A DNA stretch of 61,819 nt, filler included, from Bipalium vagum (taxonomy: Eukaryota), in NCBI GenBank assembly GCA_037834085.1. It is 3 parts of 3 records of this genome, joined end to end, with 100 filler letters (N's around TTAATTAATTAA, not from the genome) between each part and the next. Parts side by side here need not be neighbours in the genome. Positions count along the whole stretch, not along the records: positions 24,040 to 43,914 come from JBBMKC010262067.1; 2 more parts are not named here. The stretch is one strand, 5' to 3'. The translations under genes and the position numbers were made by a program. Shown here piece by piece: positions 26,574 through 41,418 of this stretch. The notes beneath the pieces are model-generated. The model saw nothing but the letters and a program-made list of their open reading frames with translations. It was not told the origin of the DNA and did not search any database. Numbering within the stretch: the first letter of the stretch is position 1; every line of letters begins with the position of its first letter.

Positions 26574-28288
26574 TAGTATTAAGACGGTGAAAAATGTCTG
26601 ATTCCTGACCGCTAAGAATAATGTGAAATAAATATATGATAGCAAGCTATTCGTTATGAACACAGAAATATTTTATTTGGATCTGGTTCACTGCTGTATT
26701 TTATACAATGAATAATTTATGATCATCCTTTATGGAGGATGAATGAGGTTGTTTTAAATATTAAATTATTCATCTTCTTTCACAATTTTCCTTTGAAAGT
26801 GATTCTTTTTAATCAAGTTATACATATATCAAACGTTTCTTTATATTTCAATAAATACGACTTACGACTTCTGAAATTGATTATTTATTTAAAAAACATG
26901 GATAATTCTGTTATGTGTTTCAAACCAAAGTATGAGTCCTGGGATGAAAGATACATTCATTTTGTACATGATGAAGTTGATCATCTTGTCTTGAACTTTT
27001 CCAAGTATTTTTGAGAGCGAATTATAAAAGAATTTTTCATTGTTTGAATAAATGATGGTTCAATAGACCTATAACTATTTTAGATATCAGGTTATGTAAA
27101 GTATCCAGACGAAGGGAAACACAATTTCATTACCTGATCATACAGTGTTATTATAGACAACTCATACCCCCACGTTTTATTGGCATTAATAAGCTTTAAA
27201 CAAAAGCTTTATTTCTTTACCCTAAAATTTCAAGTCTCTCTTTCCAAAGAGAAAAATTAAAAGATAAGAAAAAGTTATCTTACTCAAATTCACATGTTTA
27301 AATATCTGTCTGAATTTATATAAAATCTACCTTCAGATATCTAAATATTCTCACGGAAAAAAGATACTTAAGATATTTGTAATATACCTATATATGTTTT
27401 CTGAAAGTCCTCTTTGGATTTGATGTTAATCAAACTTTAGTTGTAATCAAAATTGATAGGACTTAAGCTAATAATGTTATTATCTCAAAGTAAAAGTGCA
27501 AAATATAAATTACAAATAACAACTTTTTCTAATTTTATTTTATTTTTGGATGTCCCACTCCTTTGTGAAAATTAATTGAACAAACGGGATATATTATAAA
27601 TTCTAAGTAATAATTGAACACGGTTCGGCATAGATTCCACTAGTATTGAATAATCACTGATGATTTTTGGATTCTTGTCCTATACTTGGGTAATGGCCGA
27701 AATTAGGTTTTTATCATGATACAAAAACCTAATACTTAATTTATCATCATCTGACATGATCAGTCGAAAAACAAAATAAATGTAGAAACCAGATGAAACC
27801 AAATTAATATGCAGATCTTCGTGATCGACTTCAAGTGTTGAAGCTTGATTATAAAATTATATTGCATACATGCATAATTTGTTCTCTAGGAACAGTACCA
27901 TAAAAAATAATCGATCTATTGGAGAAAATAGGTTTTCGGAACTCACAAAAATGGTCTAATTCTCAAGAAATGTGCAGCATCAAACATTTAATACTCTTCA
28001 AAGATTTTGTAGTACCATATTACAGGAATCCTGAGAGATATTTAAAACTGTGATATTACTCGATGTCACCAAAGTTTGGGAAAAGAACGCCGAAGCACGA
28101 TTCGCTTAAAGCCGATGACCTCAGCACAATTGTCAAAGTTCCATGTAGATCCACTGTGTCCTGAAGAAATAAATTCAATTTTTTTATTAAATAAATTTTA
28201 TTATATCTTTTAAAGGTCTTGATCAGAACCTCTTTAAATTAAAAGCCAATGAAAACAATGAAGTCACGTAAGATTACATAAAGTAATA

Positions 28289-28770
28289 CAGGCATGTCAA
28301 ATATGTGGCCCACTGGACGTATGTGACCCCTTGCAGGTTTACTTGCGGCTCTACAGACGATTTAAAACAATTTTGAGAGATTTTTAAAAATCAGAGAGAA
28401 AAAGGAAAAGATCAATGAATGAAGCGTAAATAGTTATTTTCCTTCATGAAATTAAAATATACTTCTTAGAGAGCTAGGTTGACTGATAATCACCTGTCAT
28501 CTTGTATAAAACTCGGCACTGCATAGAAATTTCAGCCAATCATACCAAAGATTATTAAGAACAAGAGATGTCATGCCTCGGGATAAAACATGAAAAATAT
28601 TTGAATACTTGATATAAATGTACATTTGGAATTATTGTAATTTATTTTCATTGTATTTGTTGTTGTTGTATTCAAATACATGCAGACCATTTCTTATTAA
28701 ACGATTTAAATTATATGATACCACAACTTGATTCCTACGGCCTTTGCGGGACTCTAAGTTTGACATGCCT
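28289..28770 (+). mobile_element. hAT (Buster/SPIN-type) deletion derivative / MITE
   Basis: TIRs caggcatgtcaaa / tttgacatgcct; imperfect 8-bp TSD aagtaata/aagtaacc; residual C-terminal coding IPKIIKNKRCHASG*. Confidence 0.75.
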
Positions 28771-29708
28771 AAGTAACCTAAACATAAACGTGATTTATAA
28801 ATAATGTTTTACCTTGAAGCAAATTAAATTATTTATCTGGAAATAATAAATTATTTAAATATTCACATAATTTTCAGTGCATATTTGATTCAAATAATTA
28901 TCAATAATTCACAAAAATAAATTATTGTTAATTTTTTGAAAAAATATAATTTTGAGATGCATGTTAATTGATATCCAATAATTATCTTTATAATTATAAA
29001 ATATAAATTGATTTTTTTTAATATTTTGATATCCTTTTTATTTATCAAGGTATTTTTCAATTGTAACCTAATACATAAAATTGTTTTAATTTACACACTG
29101 ATCAAGTATAATTTTATTTCCTTTATTTTATTATCATTTATTAATATGAAAATCTTAATTTCATCGGATTTTTTTATTAAATTCCTAAAAAATAATTTCT
29201 CTACTAATTGGTCTTAGAAATTATTTCTTTAAATTTTTTTTGTCAAATCGATTATATATTTACAAAATGATGAAAAAAAATAATTCTTTGAAACGCAAAA
29301 CTTCTCTTATTGTAAAACAGAGAAATTCTGTGGAGAACCTTGAGATAAATTATTAAATAAATATTAAAAATGGCTCAAATTAAACATCCGTTCCATTTCA
29401 CTAAATATAAATATATTTCCCTTGTAATATTCGACACAAATTTTGTATTATAAGAATTTTTATTTTTTTTATTCTAAGACGTGATCAATATTCCTCTAAT
29501 ATGTTAATGAGCATTTCCCTTAGTGCTGCTAAATTATATTGCTGGGCCCAATTAATAGAAAAATAAGTATTGTTTATTTATGCAAATTTGGTCTCCTGAT
29601 TTTTGTAATACAGAAAAAATTATATTTGTTTTTTTAAATGCAAAGATGTAATTATCTGTTTTTTTTGTATTTTCATTATTATATTTATATATTTTATTTT
29701 TATTAATC

Positions 29709-29712
<4 letters not shown>

Positions 29713-29764
<52 letters not shown>
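29713..29764. repeat. (TTA)n microsatellite
   Basis: Directly visible in the sequence. Confidence 0.95.
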
Positions 29765-30492
29765 TAAGTATTAAGAAATTGAAGAATATGAAATTAAAAA
29801 TACAAACTTTAATCTTTTATTTCTGAAAAATTTCTAATATACTGATATTTCATAAACAAAAAACAAAATTTTGTGTTATGTTCATCTAATATAAGAAAAA
29901 TGCAAAATAAGTGACAAATAAATAATTTTAAGCTTCTAATTATCAGTCAATATTATAAAGAAGTTATTAATAAAAATCTTTACATTCGTTGAACAATAAT
30001 ATCTATCGGATAAGGATTACTGTTGAAATATTTTAATTAAAATAAAAAAATAAAATAAAATTTTATCAAAAATAATTGAAAAAAGATGAAGTTTATATTA
30101 AATTCTTTCAAATATTATTATTTTTTTTAAATTATCAATTAAATCATCAGTGAAAAATATAAATAAATACTATTTTTGATGATATAGAAGTTTCATTAAT
30201 GCTACATTAAGCTTTGCTATTCTTCAAACTGTCTAATAGCAATATATAAAAGCTTTTTTGTTTACAATATTTCCTTAATATTTATATTTTTATATATTTC
30301 ATATATATGAAACTTTAATATTTCCTTTCAATAGTATCGCAATTGGTTTTCCAACTTGAAAATTTAAATGAATTATATAAACAGTTTTTCCTTGCTTAAT
30401 TATTTTTTTAATTCATTTAATTTTATTAATAATATAAAATATAAATATAAAGTAATAAATGTCATGCCCAATTTTTCATTTATAATATTTTG

Positions 30493-31615
30493 ATATTGTA
30501 TAACGTATCTCGTTAATTTTTCTATATTTAAAACCAGCTTTATCTTAGCTTGTTAAGTTAAAAATGCGCGTTTTTTGAAAGTTTTAATTCTTATGCTGAA
30601 AACAATGTTCACCAATGTCAATGACTTTTCACAAAGAGAATGAATAACATTCCCAAAGAATTTGATTTTCTGCTATAGAAAGTATTCGAACATCAAAAGT
30701 CCGATATCGCCAGTAATCTTTTCCAGCCAACGAGTGTTGCATTAATCTGAATAAGTGATAGTCCTATGACCCAAATCAGGACTTTATGGCGGATGAGGTA
30801 AAAATTTTTAATCAATATATTTAAGTTTTTCCTGAACAGCCTTTGCCATCTCAGATCGAACTTTGTTCTCGATAACATTTGTTTATGTCGTATCCATACT
30901 CTGTAATCGTAGCGCCTGTTGTTGATCTAATTGTTCTGCGTACAGATCATCTGTGATTGTCTAACTAAGATTCAGCACTTCAAAGTAAACTAAGCCTCTC
31001 ATGTTCCACCTCAGACAGAATCGTTTTTTGAAATCGAAATTGTCTGTCGTTTTCTGAAGGGATTTTCAAAATGTATCCACTTTTCATCCGCCGTAAGGAT
31101 TGTTTAAACAAAAAGTAATATTTTCTGATTTACACATTATCATCTGATTCAGATTAACACGAACTGTTATGTTTACATTATTTAGTCGAAGTGGGATCCA
31201 TTTGTGACATCAATTTATTTTACCGATTGAGTATAAATGATTTGCTATCTTCACGTGTCTGCATTTGAATTTCGAGTAGTTTTTCGATTATCTGTCTCCT
31301 TGGATTCCTGTAAGTCATCATCGTTTACTGTTTGAAGACGTCCTCTACAATGATTATCTTTCAGATCTATATTTTCATCTTTAAATCGTTGAAACCATCT
31401 CTTACTTTGATTATTACTAGGTTTCCTTAACTTGTTTTGCATGATTATCTGGTAGCATTTTCCTGTTTGAAATCATATCAGATGTAACAGTTATGAATTT
31501 TTCGACATTCTTGTTTCTAAGTTTATTTTTCAACAAAACTGAATAAAATTGAAAACATTGATAAAACATTATGAAGCAGACAAATATACAATAATGTTTT
31601 GGTGGTTTTTGCAAT
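30493..31615 (-). mobile_element. degenerate mariner
   Basis: KRWFQRFKDENIDLKD..RGR, WIP, ILTADEKW and PHPP*SPDL motifs, with stops. Confidence 0.85.
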
Positions 31616-33059
31616 AATAAATGTTATTCATTAAAACACTTATTTCTAATTTAATAAATTTATATAACATAAATACAAATAGAAAGAAGAGAAATAACTA
31701 TTCCAGACTATGCTTTAAAATATTTTTTAATATTTTTTTTATTTATCCAAATTAATTTCATCAAATTTAAGACATTGTTTTAATAGTATAAAATATTTTA
31801 ATTTTTATGAAAACGGTGATTATTTATATAAATATTTAAGTGGAAAAGTCAGCCGTTGGATTATTTATGAAAGGAAGAAGAAAATTAAAAATACGTCAAT
31901 TTGAAAAAAGAAATTTTCCAAAATTATAATTAATGTTTTAAAGAAATATTAGAATTTATGATAAAAATTGTCTGTCAAAAATAATCATTTTCCAATAATT
32001 TTGTTTATTTTCGTTTATGAGACAATTTTATTAATTAAATGCAATAAGCCGAGTGGAATGAAAAATTGCAATTACATAGAAAATCTTTAGTAAAATGCCC
32101 TTAATGAATAAAAAATTCCTCATATTTCACAACTTAAATGGCGATGTTTAATATCTATTCCCACAGGCCATTTGGAGATTAATTTCGCCACGATTTGTAA
32201 TTACAAATCAATTAATACTACCAAGAATAAATTGAAAATTTCTTCCAAATCAAAATAAATGACTTTTTTCATTTCTATATCATCATATCAGATCTTTCTG
32301 CAGTCTTTTCTGGTCTTTTTAGTCGTTCTGTAGTCTGTATGATGGAGGAGCTGACTGCTTTCTTCCTTCAAAATTTCCCAGCTAAATTAAAGAAAAAAGA
32401 AATCGAATGTTCAAAATTATCACAATACCTTCAGAAGCAATTTCTTTCATCTTTTCTTTCAAAAAATATTTCTTCTCTGATATTATATATCGTAATATTT
32501 TATTTCGTATCTATGATCATATGTACAATTGTTAATGTATTATTTAGGCGTAGATTATATAATACACATTACTTTGATTAATTGTTAATTATTAATTTAA
32601 TTAATTTAAAGATTTATGGATAATAAGTAAAAAGAATATCGATAAATTTTCAACCTTATTGTTTAGTCTTAAAATTTTTCTTTAAATTAATTCCATTTAT
32701 TCCAATAAAAAATAAAATGAATATTCCTCCTTCAAATTAATAAATAATAATTTATTGTTTGGACTAAACCGTAAAGAAAATTATCTTTTAATTTTTAGAA
32801 CCTTATCATTTACAATACGTAAAGAGGAGAGCTGATTTCGTAATGAAATAATTTATTCAATTTTACAAATTCTTTGTATAACTGATCTCAACTCAAACAA
32901 ATTTGTGATTTAACCTGAAACATTACAAAATTATTTGAGATTTGTCATTAAGTTTCTATTAAATTTTTCTTAATTTAATTTATATATTATAATAAAAACA
33001 TTATTATTTTTTTTATTCTAATTTTTATTTATTTTACTCATTAATTGTTTTATTATTTT

Positions 33060-33093
<34 letters not shown>

Positions 33094-35566
33094 CATCATT
33101 TCAGTGTTATTCAAAGAACATCACTAATAATCTCTTTTACCAATTAAATAATCATTATAAAAAAATTTTAATTACATTTTATCTTAAATGAAATAATATT
33201 TGTCAAATCATCTTAATTAAAATAAAATGATGCAATTAGTTTCTATTCAATTAATCTTAAAAATAAATAATGCTTAAATGAAGAAAATATTATGAATTAT
33301 ATTTGCACAACTAATTAAATATTTGTTTGAAATTAGTTAATTGTAAATAAAATATTTGTTTAAACAATCTAAAAGTTAAATTTGAAATCTGAAAAAAAAT
33401 TCTTTTTTTACATTAAAATAATTAATCATAATAAATATTACTACTACTAATAATAAAAAACTTATTAATTAAGCTTATTATAAACTTATTAAATAATGAT
33501 ATTTTAAATATTATTTTTATTATAAGTTTTAATTTGTATTATAAATGTGAATTATAGAAATTTATATCCATTGAAAATGTATTATAATTATTATCATTTA
33601 ATAAACACAAAATCATATTGTAGATCAAATAAAATGTATTCAACGTCGAAGGGATAAGTTTATAATCTTAATAAAACGACGTAAAAAGAATAATTAACTT
33701 AATTAGAAAACAACTTAGCACTGAACGAAAGTGTAAATTTTACGATAATTCTCTGTGATCACAGTTACCGGTTACAACCGAATCATGCCGAGCTCGAAAT
33801 ACAATGTATGCTCGCTTGAGATCCTCTAATTAATTCGTTACCTTCTTGATGACATCAGCAAAGAATTGATTGTGTTATGAAATTTTGATTTTGCTTGTGA
33901 CACCGCATAGGTAATAATAATAAAATTACAACTTAAATCGAGAATGGCCAGAAATTAAGTGAATAATGAATGTACAGATTTCCGTAAAACTATACTTTTA
34001 TTTTCTTAGCTTCATTAGCAGTAACTTGGTTTTGTTGTCCATCCAGGGTTTTACAACCGAGCTTAACACCTTTGTAAAATTAATAATATCAAGCCTTCAA
34101 TACTTGTCATCCTTTCGCTTACGGTCAGACTATTTGTGATATTTTCTTTTGGCATAAGAATAATAATACGTTTTCAAATTTGATTAGTCTATTTCATAGA
34201 TAAATTAGGTGACTTAAATAAAAATAATTATAGCAGTTAAATGATGATCTTTTAATATAACGTTGATGTTATATTAAATTGATGTTAAATGTGTCAAATT
34301 TATCTGGATTACCCTGTCAAATCAATGAATTTTATAATATTAAATAATTATTTTTTAAAATAAAACAGTCTATAATTAACAGTATAATAAAATTTGGCAT
34401 AAATAAATTTATTTGTTTAAAGTGAAACCTTATTTATTATGAATTACGTTTTCTAAGTTTCAAATTGATTAGATGACAAATAAATAATAGATTTATTGTT
34501 TTAATGTTTGCAAAGCATGAGCAAAATGTAAATGATTTAGAAAAAAATCCAATTAAATATAATAAAGAAATATATAATAGTTTATTAGGGGTTTTTAAGA
34601 ATAACCACTGCAATTAGAAAAATTATACGTATTATCATTATAATATTAAATTTAAATCATTTTTAATCTAAATATTATAAAACTCAATTGATCATTTATG
34701 ATTTTCTAAGAGGTATAAATAATATATAAAGTTGAGATCTGTATATATTACTCTTGAAAAAAAGGAACCAAAAACAATATTCTTTGTTTATTATCAATAA
34801 TAGGGTATTGTTTTTCATTGATAAATATTTCATCACAAAATCATATGCAATGCAAAAGTTCATATGAAAAAGAAATTAATTCAGAGAAGATAATTTTCAA
34901 GAAAGAAAAGAAAAAATAATGCAAAAAATGTGTGACTTGGTAATTATAAAATAATTAAAAATTTATTCAACAGCAAATTTTCTTTAGTTTATTTATTTAT
35001 TTTATTCTAAAATATCAGTGAAAGTTTATTAGGTAATATGAGAAAATTTTCATTATTAACTTTCAATACACATTCTTCTTTAGACTCAGAAATGTGGGTA
35101 AATCAAAGAAATATTTTTTTATAAATTCAATTCAAAATAATATAATTATCTTTAATAAATAATTTTTTTCAATCCACTTCCTTAATATATTATAAACCTT
35201 CAAAGAAAAAACGATGCGAAATTAAACATTTTTTCTCAATTTTGAAAATCATAGGAAATATCACATTTTATTATAATAATAAAAGAAATATATGGAATAT
35301 TTCGTTCCCTTTATATTTTTCAGCAAATTCATCTGCTTTCCTACAACATAAACGTGAAGGAATAATTGAGAAAAGACTGTATTATTCTTCAGTGTTATTA
35401 AACAAAGTGTAAAATGAATAAATGAATAAAATATAACAAAGAAATAATTATTTATTTTCCACATCTGATTAATATTGTAATTACTTCTTTAGATATGAAT
35501 TTTTATTTATCATCACTGTAATTACTTTTATTAATACAATAGGAAGAATGATGATAAAAACTGAAT

Positions 35567-35603
35567 ATGATGATGAGGATGATGAGGATGATGAGGATGA
35601 TGA
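35567..35603. repeat. (GATGATGAG)n short tandem repeat
   Basis: Three copies plus flanking GAT. Confidence 0.85.
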
Positions 35604-36399
35604 AATGGGCAATGATTTACATCGAATTCATCTTAAAATGAATTTATGCAATTAATTTGTCAAAGGCAGATTGACAGCAAACGTTATAATAGGACATTTC
35701 GAAAATTAACTGGCATAAATTATACAAAATTAATAGCCAATTTCCTCCTTCATTTCACGGTCATAAATGATTTGATATATAAATTCTGACGTTTCGAATG
35801 GGAATATCAACCATTTGTTTAGTGAGGGGAATGTAAGGAAAATATTTATTAATTTATTTTGTCACCAGGTCCAGCACAACAATTAGAAATTTCAAGCTTT
35901 GTTCACAATTGAGGACAAAATATATTTATTAATAGCTTCACTTTGTCGAATGGATATCTGTCAGCTTTCATCTTGATATTCGTTGCAGAAGCCAGACTTA
36001 AATCTGTTGACACTTGCTAATGAAAAAGTGACATTTATCCACAACTAATTTTAAGCAGCCTACCTTTTATATTTCCATATAAATTTCATTTCTTATTAAA
36101 CTATTATTATTATTATGATTTTGATTAATATTATATATAAAATTAATCAAAATTATCATTATTATTACTTTAATTAGTTTATTATTTTTTTATTATCATG
36201 ATATTTGAATCTTTTTTTTATTATTATGTTACTAATAAAATTATTCTAAATCAAACACATGCTACATATATCTCTATTGATATTATACAATTCATCAGTG
36301 ATGCACATTTTGTATGCTTAATTCTATGGAGTTTAATTTCAATTGTATAATTTTTTCTAATAATATTTTTATAAATTAATTTTAGAATATTTAATATGT

Positions 36400-37185
36400 T
36401 CAGTCAATTTAAAAATTTTATTTTATTTTAATCAAGATCATAATATCCTTTGAGATCGAATTTTTCTCATAAAATGTTATTATTCAAGAGGAGAAAGTTC
36501 AAATTTAAGAAGGAACGTGATCTCATAAAAGGAAACATTCACAAATCAGTGTAAAAAAAGACTGGTTGCTAAATTCGAAAGAACGGGCAGTATCAATGAT
36601 ATGGGTAAAGCAGGACGATAATCTATGGAAAATGATCGATGTGAAATCGTAGAAAAATTATTGAAACTCAGTACATCAGAACAATTTCAGACGACACAAA
36701 TATCCCCCATCCATTGTATTCTTAGAAAATAACCTGGGACTGTTACCTGCACACATCTCTCGGGATGTGAAGGTATTCTTGTCAGAACAATTGGGTGTCA
36801 TCAGGTGTCATGTCATCAGTCGACATTTTTCTTACTTCTGACATCCTCGTTTCCCACATCTCAATCCGTCCCATTTCTGGCTTTGGATATACATGCAAGC
36901 AGCAGTGAACCTCCAGGATTCACCAAACACCAAAGATGAGTTAATTTGTCGTGTCAGAGATGCAGCAAAAACCATCCATTCCATACCATACAGTGCAACA
37001 GCTATTAATTCTTTGGTCCACCAAATTGAATCCCTCGTCTCAGAAAATGAAGGACATTTTGAACATTTATTATAATTTTTTACAATATTCCTTGCTTATA
37101 TTTTGATAAACATTACTTTAGTATCTCTACCTTTTTGTATATTACATTGAATTTTTATTGTGCGTCACTTAAGAATCAACGTGTA
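36400..37185 (+). mobile_element. degenerate Tc1/mariner-superfamily element (WPPRSPDL...GHFEHLL type, rosa/DD41D-like)
   Basis: RLVAKFERTGSIND, HPRFPHLNPSHFWLW.YM and C-terminal ENEGHFEHLL*. Confidence 0.75.
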
Positions 37186-39789
37186 TATTAATACAAAAGT
37201 TTTTAATATTTATTTTTTATAAAAATTCGTATTGAATAAAGGTTTCATAAATATATCTCGACAAATCAATTATGATTTCGTAAGAAAGATCTTCAAAAAC
37301 ATTTTTTAACATCGGCAAACCAAAATTCTGTCTGGCATAAAATTGAATGTCAACTTTAATTAATTTTTCCTATTAATTTAATTTAAAAAATCACAATTAA
37401 TTTTATTTTTAAGTAATTAATCATAAAATATTTTTCAGTTATTTTCAAAACTTAATAATAGTAAATTTAAAAACTAATAATAACTATTATTATTATTTAT
37501 TATTATTATTTTCGTTATTATTATTAATATCATTATAACAATAACAAGAACAATAATAACAATAATCCTTCAAATGTCATATATTATAGAAAACATTTAC
37601 TGATTTCCTTTTATCTAACTCACCTCGATGTAGGTTTACACATCTTTTAATCCTCAATGTCATTTTTTGTATTTTACATTAATTTAATTAGGTATTGAAC
37701 CAAAGGTGGCATTTTAAGTCAAGCTTTTTCAGGAAAAACTATCTAATAAATATCGCTGTGATCTTAGCTATTGAATATGTCGCTTTATATTCATATATAT
37801 ATATATATATAATAAAAAAATTAAAAATAGAAAAAATAATAGAAACAATATATTTCAATTTTAATTTTTCATTGATTTTTATTTAACATTTTTTCACAGA
37901 ATCTTAATTTTAAATATTTGTTTTACAAATATGTATTATTTATTAATATTAAGAAAAATTTTGAGAAAAGCTCTATTCAACTGAAAATTATTATAACTAC
38001 TTGCCTATAGAAAACTATTATTATTAAAATTTTATTATTACTTTTATTTAATTTTTTTATTTAATTTTTATTTTTTTTTATTATAATTATTATTTTATTA
38101 TAAATATTTTTAAGGTAACTGCAAATTTTTGAGTTTAATAAAAATGAAATATTTTACGAATATTTTAGTTTGAGACCTTACACGATGATTGTAAGGAAAA
38201 AATTAAAATTTTATAATTTTCGATTATTTTTTATAAATTCACCAAAAAAATTTTTTTACAAATACATTATTTATAAAACTTATTTTCTTCGAGTACATTT
38301 TAAATATTATATGAAATATTAATATTGTTGCTTTTAATCGTATTATTTGATATTGATTTTATTTTTTAATTTCGATAATTTTAGAAATTTTAATGAGAAA
38401 ATTTTACTATTATGATAATGATTTTAAAAATTATAGATTTTGAAAAGTTATTAAAAAATATTTTCTCTTTTGAAAGATAAATTCATTTTTATAATAATAT
38501 ATTTTTCTCCATGAGATTTATTTAGAAAAAAACTTACTAATCCCTTTTTCCAGCAAATTAGGTTAACATAAAATATTTAAAATTGTAATAAAATTATTTT
38601 TATTTTTATTATGCCTCGAATGTTGGGCAGTGACAAACTTAGCGTTGTCGAAAGACTCAAAACTTTGAATTGAAATATAAATACATTCTTATGTTCATAG
38701 GTTCACTTAAGCTTAGATTCTGACATGTATCTTTTAAAAATAAAATAATATTTTTATCGTAATTATTTTTATTTTATATTTCAGAGATAAGAAAAAAGTT
38801 TATAACTGGGTCTTAAAAATATTTTAATGAAAACAATGAGACTTTCTGCAGATCAAATATTTGTTTTTGCAAATAATCCTGTTGGATTTATAATTGGTGT
38901 AGATAATAATTTCGATATAAATTTATTAATTATTAAAAATATCTATTATTTATTTTGTTTTTTCTAAATATACTTGAATAAGTTACGAAGGAAAGACATT
39001 AAATGACAATGAATACACTATATTGATTAATTTAAGTCTTAATTACGAATCTGATATTTCTAACAATATTATTAATAGAAGAATTATTTGATAAAATAAT
39101 AATTACCAAGAAAGGAAGAGAGCTGCAAACATGTTTCAACAATGCTCAGTCTTCGTAGTGAAAGTCAAATTTTCCTCGACTATTATACGCTTTGGAATAA
39201 CGACGGAGATTATTTTTTGTCTTTGCTCTCTGTGACTGTGCGGTTTTTATAAATATTTATGCAGCTACATCCTTTTGCAATTTATAATTAATTTTTATTA
39301 AAAAAAATAAAATTTTAAAAATTACAGAAAGCAAAATAATATTTCTCACAACTTTTTTCATATTCATTCATCTATTTTCTAATATTTTACTTTATAATCA
39401 ATTTGATTAATTTAAATTAATGAAAAATTGATTATAATTATTTATCCTTAATTGTTAATCGATATCATAATTTTATGAAATAAAATAATTTACTAAAACT
39501 TTTTTCAAAAATGTTTTATTTATTTTAAGTAATATAAAATGATGATATAGTTATATTGATTTAAATTCGTCTTCATCATTAAAATATACCCATATAAAAT
39601 AATGGTCTATAATTAAACAACTGATTTTTCAATGTAAATTAAATAAAATAAGCTGATTATGGAAACCAAGGATTTTGCTTATGTTATCAATTTATTAAAA
39701 CTTAAATTCCTCATATAATAAAGAATTTTACAAATAAATAAATTTGTTTAAGTAATAGGCCGGATTATCACACAATTTAAAATTTGTAG

Positions 39790-41418
39790 ATTCAAAAATG
39801 TCTTTGAAGCTTTGACTCGTCCATAAATGAAAAACAAAGAATTCTATAGTTCCATGACAAGATACCTAAATTTAGTCAACGTAGTACTATTCATTTAAAG
39901 ATTTCGAAACCTCTTTTATGTAAGTTGATAAAAACACATCAGACAGTGAAACAACAAGACTCGCTAATGCAATTATGAAAAGAGCATGTTTATTGTCCAG
40001 GTTGAACTTGTTTAAAAAATTCGTTCAGAAATGTTCGTGAAAAACAGGCTGTTGTTATTAGGCCTATTATGCAAAAATGTACAGAAAATTGCAAAAAATA
40101 TGAGTATATAAAATTTTTATCCAACTGATGGATGGTTTAGCACATTGGCAAAATCTATAAAATGACCTGCTGATTTGCATGGTAGGCGAGGAAAAAAGCT
40201 GAATTTCGTGTGGCCAATGATTGGATAAAGAGAATATAGCCAAAAATATTCCTGAGTCTGCATCCAAGAATATTTACTTGTAGATAAAACAACATTATTT
40301 TTATGCAACATCTGAACCTACACATTTATATGAAATATAAAGTGATAAAGGATTTAAAATTTTAAAGACCGAGTAAAAATGCTTTGTACTAATAGCGAAG
40401 GTTAGAAGAGAGATTTATTATTATTTGGGAAAAGTATAAATCCTAGGTGTTTTAAAGGTGTTCAACGTGTGTATGTTAATGATGATTCTAGTCAAAATTC
40501 ATGGATGACTAGTGTAAATTTTAAAAATTGGTTGGTTAAATGGGATTTACAGGTAAAACGGAAAATTGTCTTAGTTGCACGGCACATCAAATCAATGTCA
40601 TTAAATAATATCAGAATTATTTACCTTCAAATACTACAGTCATGTGAAAAGGCTTTACAAACTTTAGCTCATTATCGCAAAGAAATACCTCACGAATCAT
40701 AACTGAACATGATAATACAAATCCATTTGATGAAATTGAGATTACAAAAATATTTCCTGCTTGATGCATTGCAGTTGGTAGCAGTATCGTGGAAGCATAT
40801 CACAGAGAACTCAATCATAAACTGCTTCAAAAAAGTAGATTTTTAAAACTAGATTCCGAAAATTAATGAATTTTATGATTTTACTGGCGATATCTTGGAT
40901 CAACAACCAGATGGTATGTCAAAAGAGAATTTTTATAATTGGTTATTTATTGATAATAATTTCCAAAAGGCAGTAATAATGTCAACATCAGACTTTTGTC
41001 AATCTCTTTTAGATTCCCATATATCAGTAAAGACTGGAGATAAAATTCAAAAAGAAATTTTAGAAACTCCACCAACAGATTCTCAAATGCAAGAAGCTTT
41101 AAAATTTCTTCACCGTGGTCAACGAAAAAATTTCAAAGTCGAGAAAAAAATGTTCAGGAACGTTATGAATATGAAAAATTCATTAAGTAATTATTGAACT
41201 CAAAGAAACGTAAAACTAATACTGGATGAATATTTCAAATAAAATCTTTTTTCTATGAAATGTGACTACAGGAAAAAGGTAATAAATTTTAAATAAAATG
41301 TTATTTGTTATGGTGATATAATAAAAGTAGAAAGATGTGGTAAATTTTAATATCCTTCGGTTAATGTTATCATAAGTGGTAGATCCCAGTGTGATCACAT
41401 TGAGCGAATTCTGAAGTA
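39790..41418 (+). mobile_element. degenerate Tigger/pogo (DDE_1, TIGD-like) element with right TIR
   Basis: KDRV..LCTN.EG..K..LL..GKS.NPRCFKG, NSWMTS..F.NWL.KWD and W..I....IINCFKK motifs; right end gtgatcacattgagcgaattct..TA. Confidence 0.85.

Noticed and set aside
27702-27733. 11-bp-arm palindrome attaggttttt...aaaaacctaat
   Set aside because: A/T-rich arms plausible by chance; no context supporting function.
35541-35655. Acidic peptide ...EYDDEDDEDDEDDEMG...
   Set aside because: Explained by the (GATGATGAG)n repeat; no partner exon.
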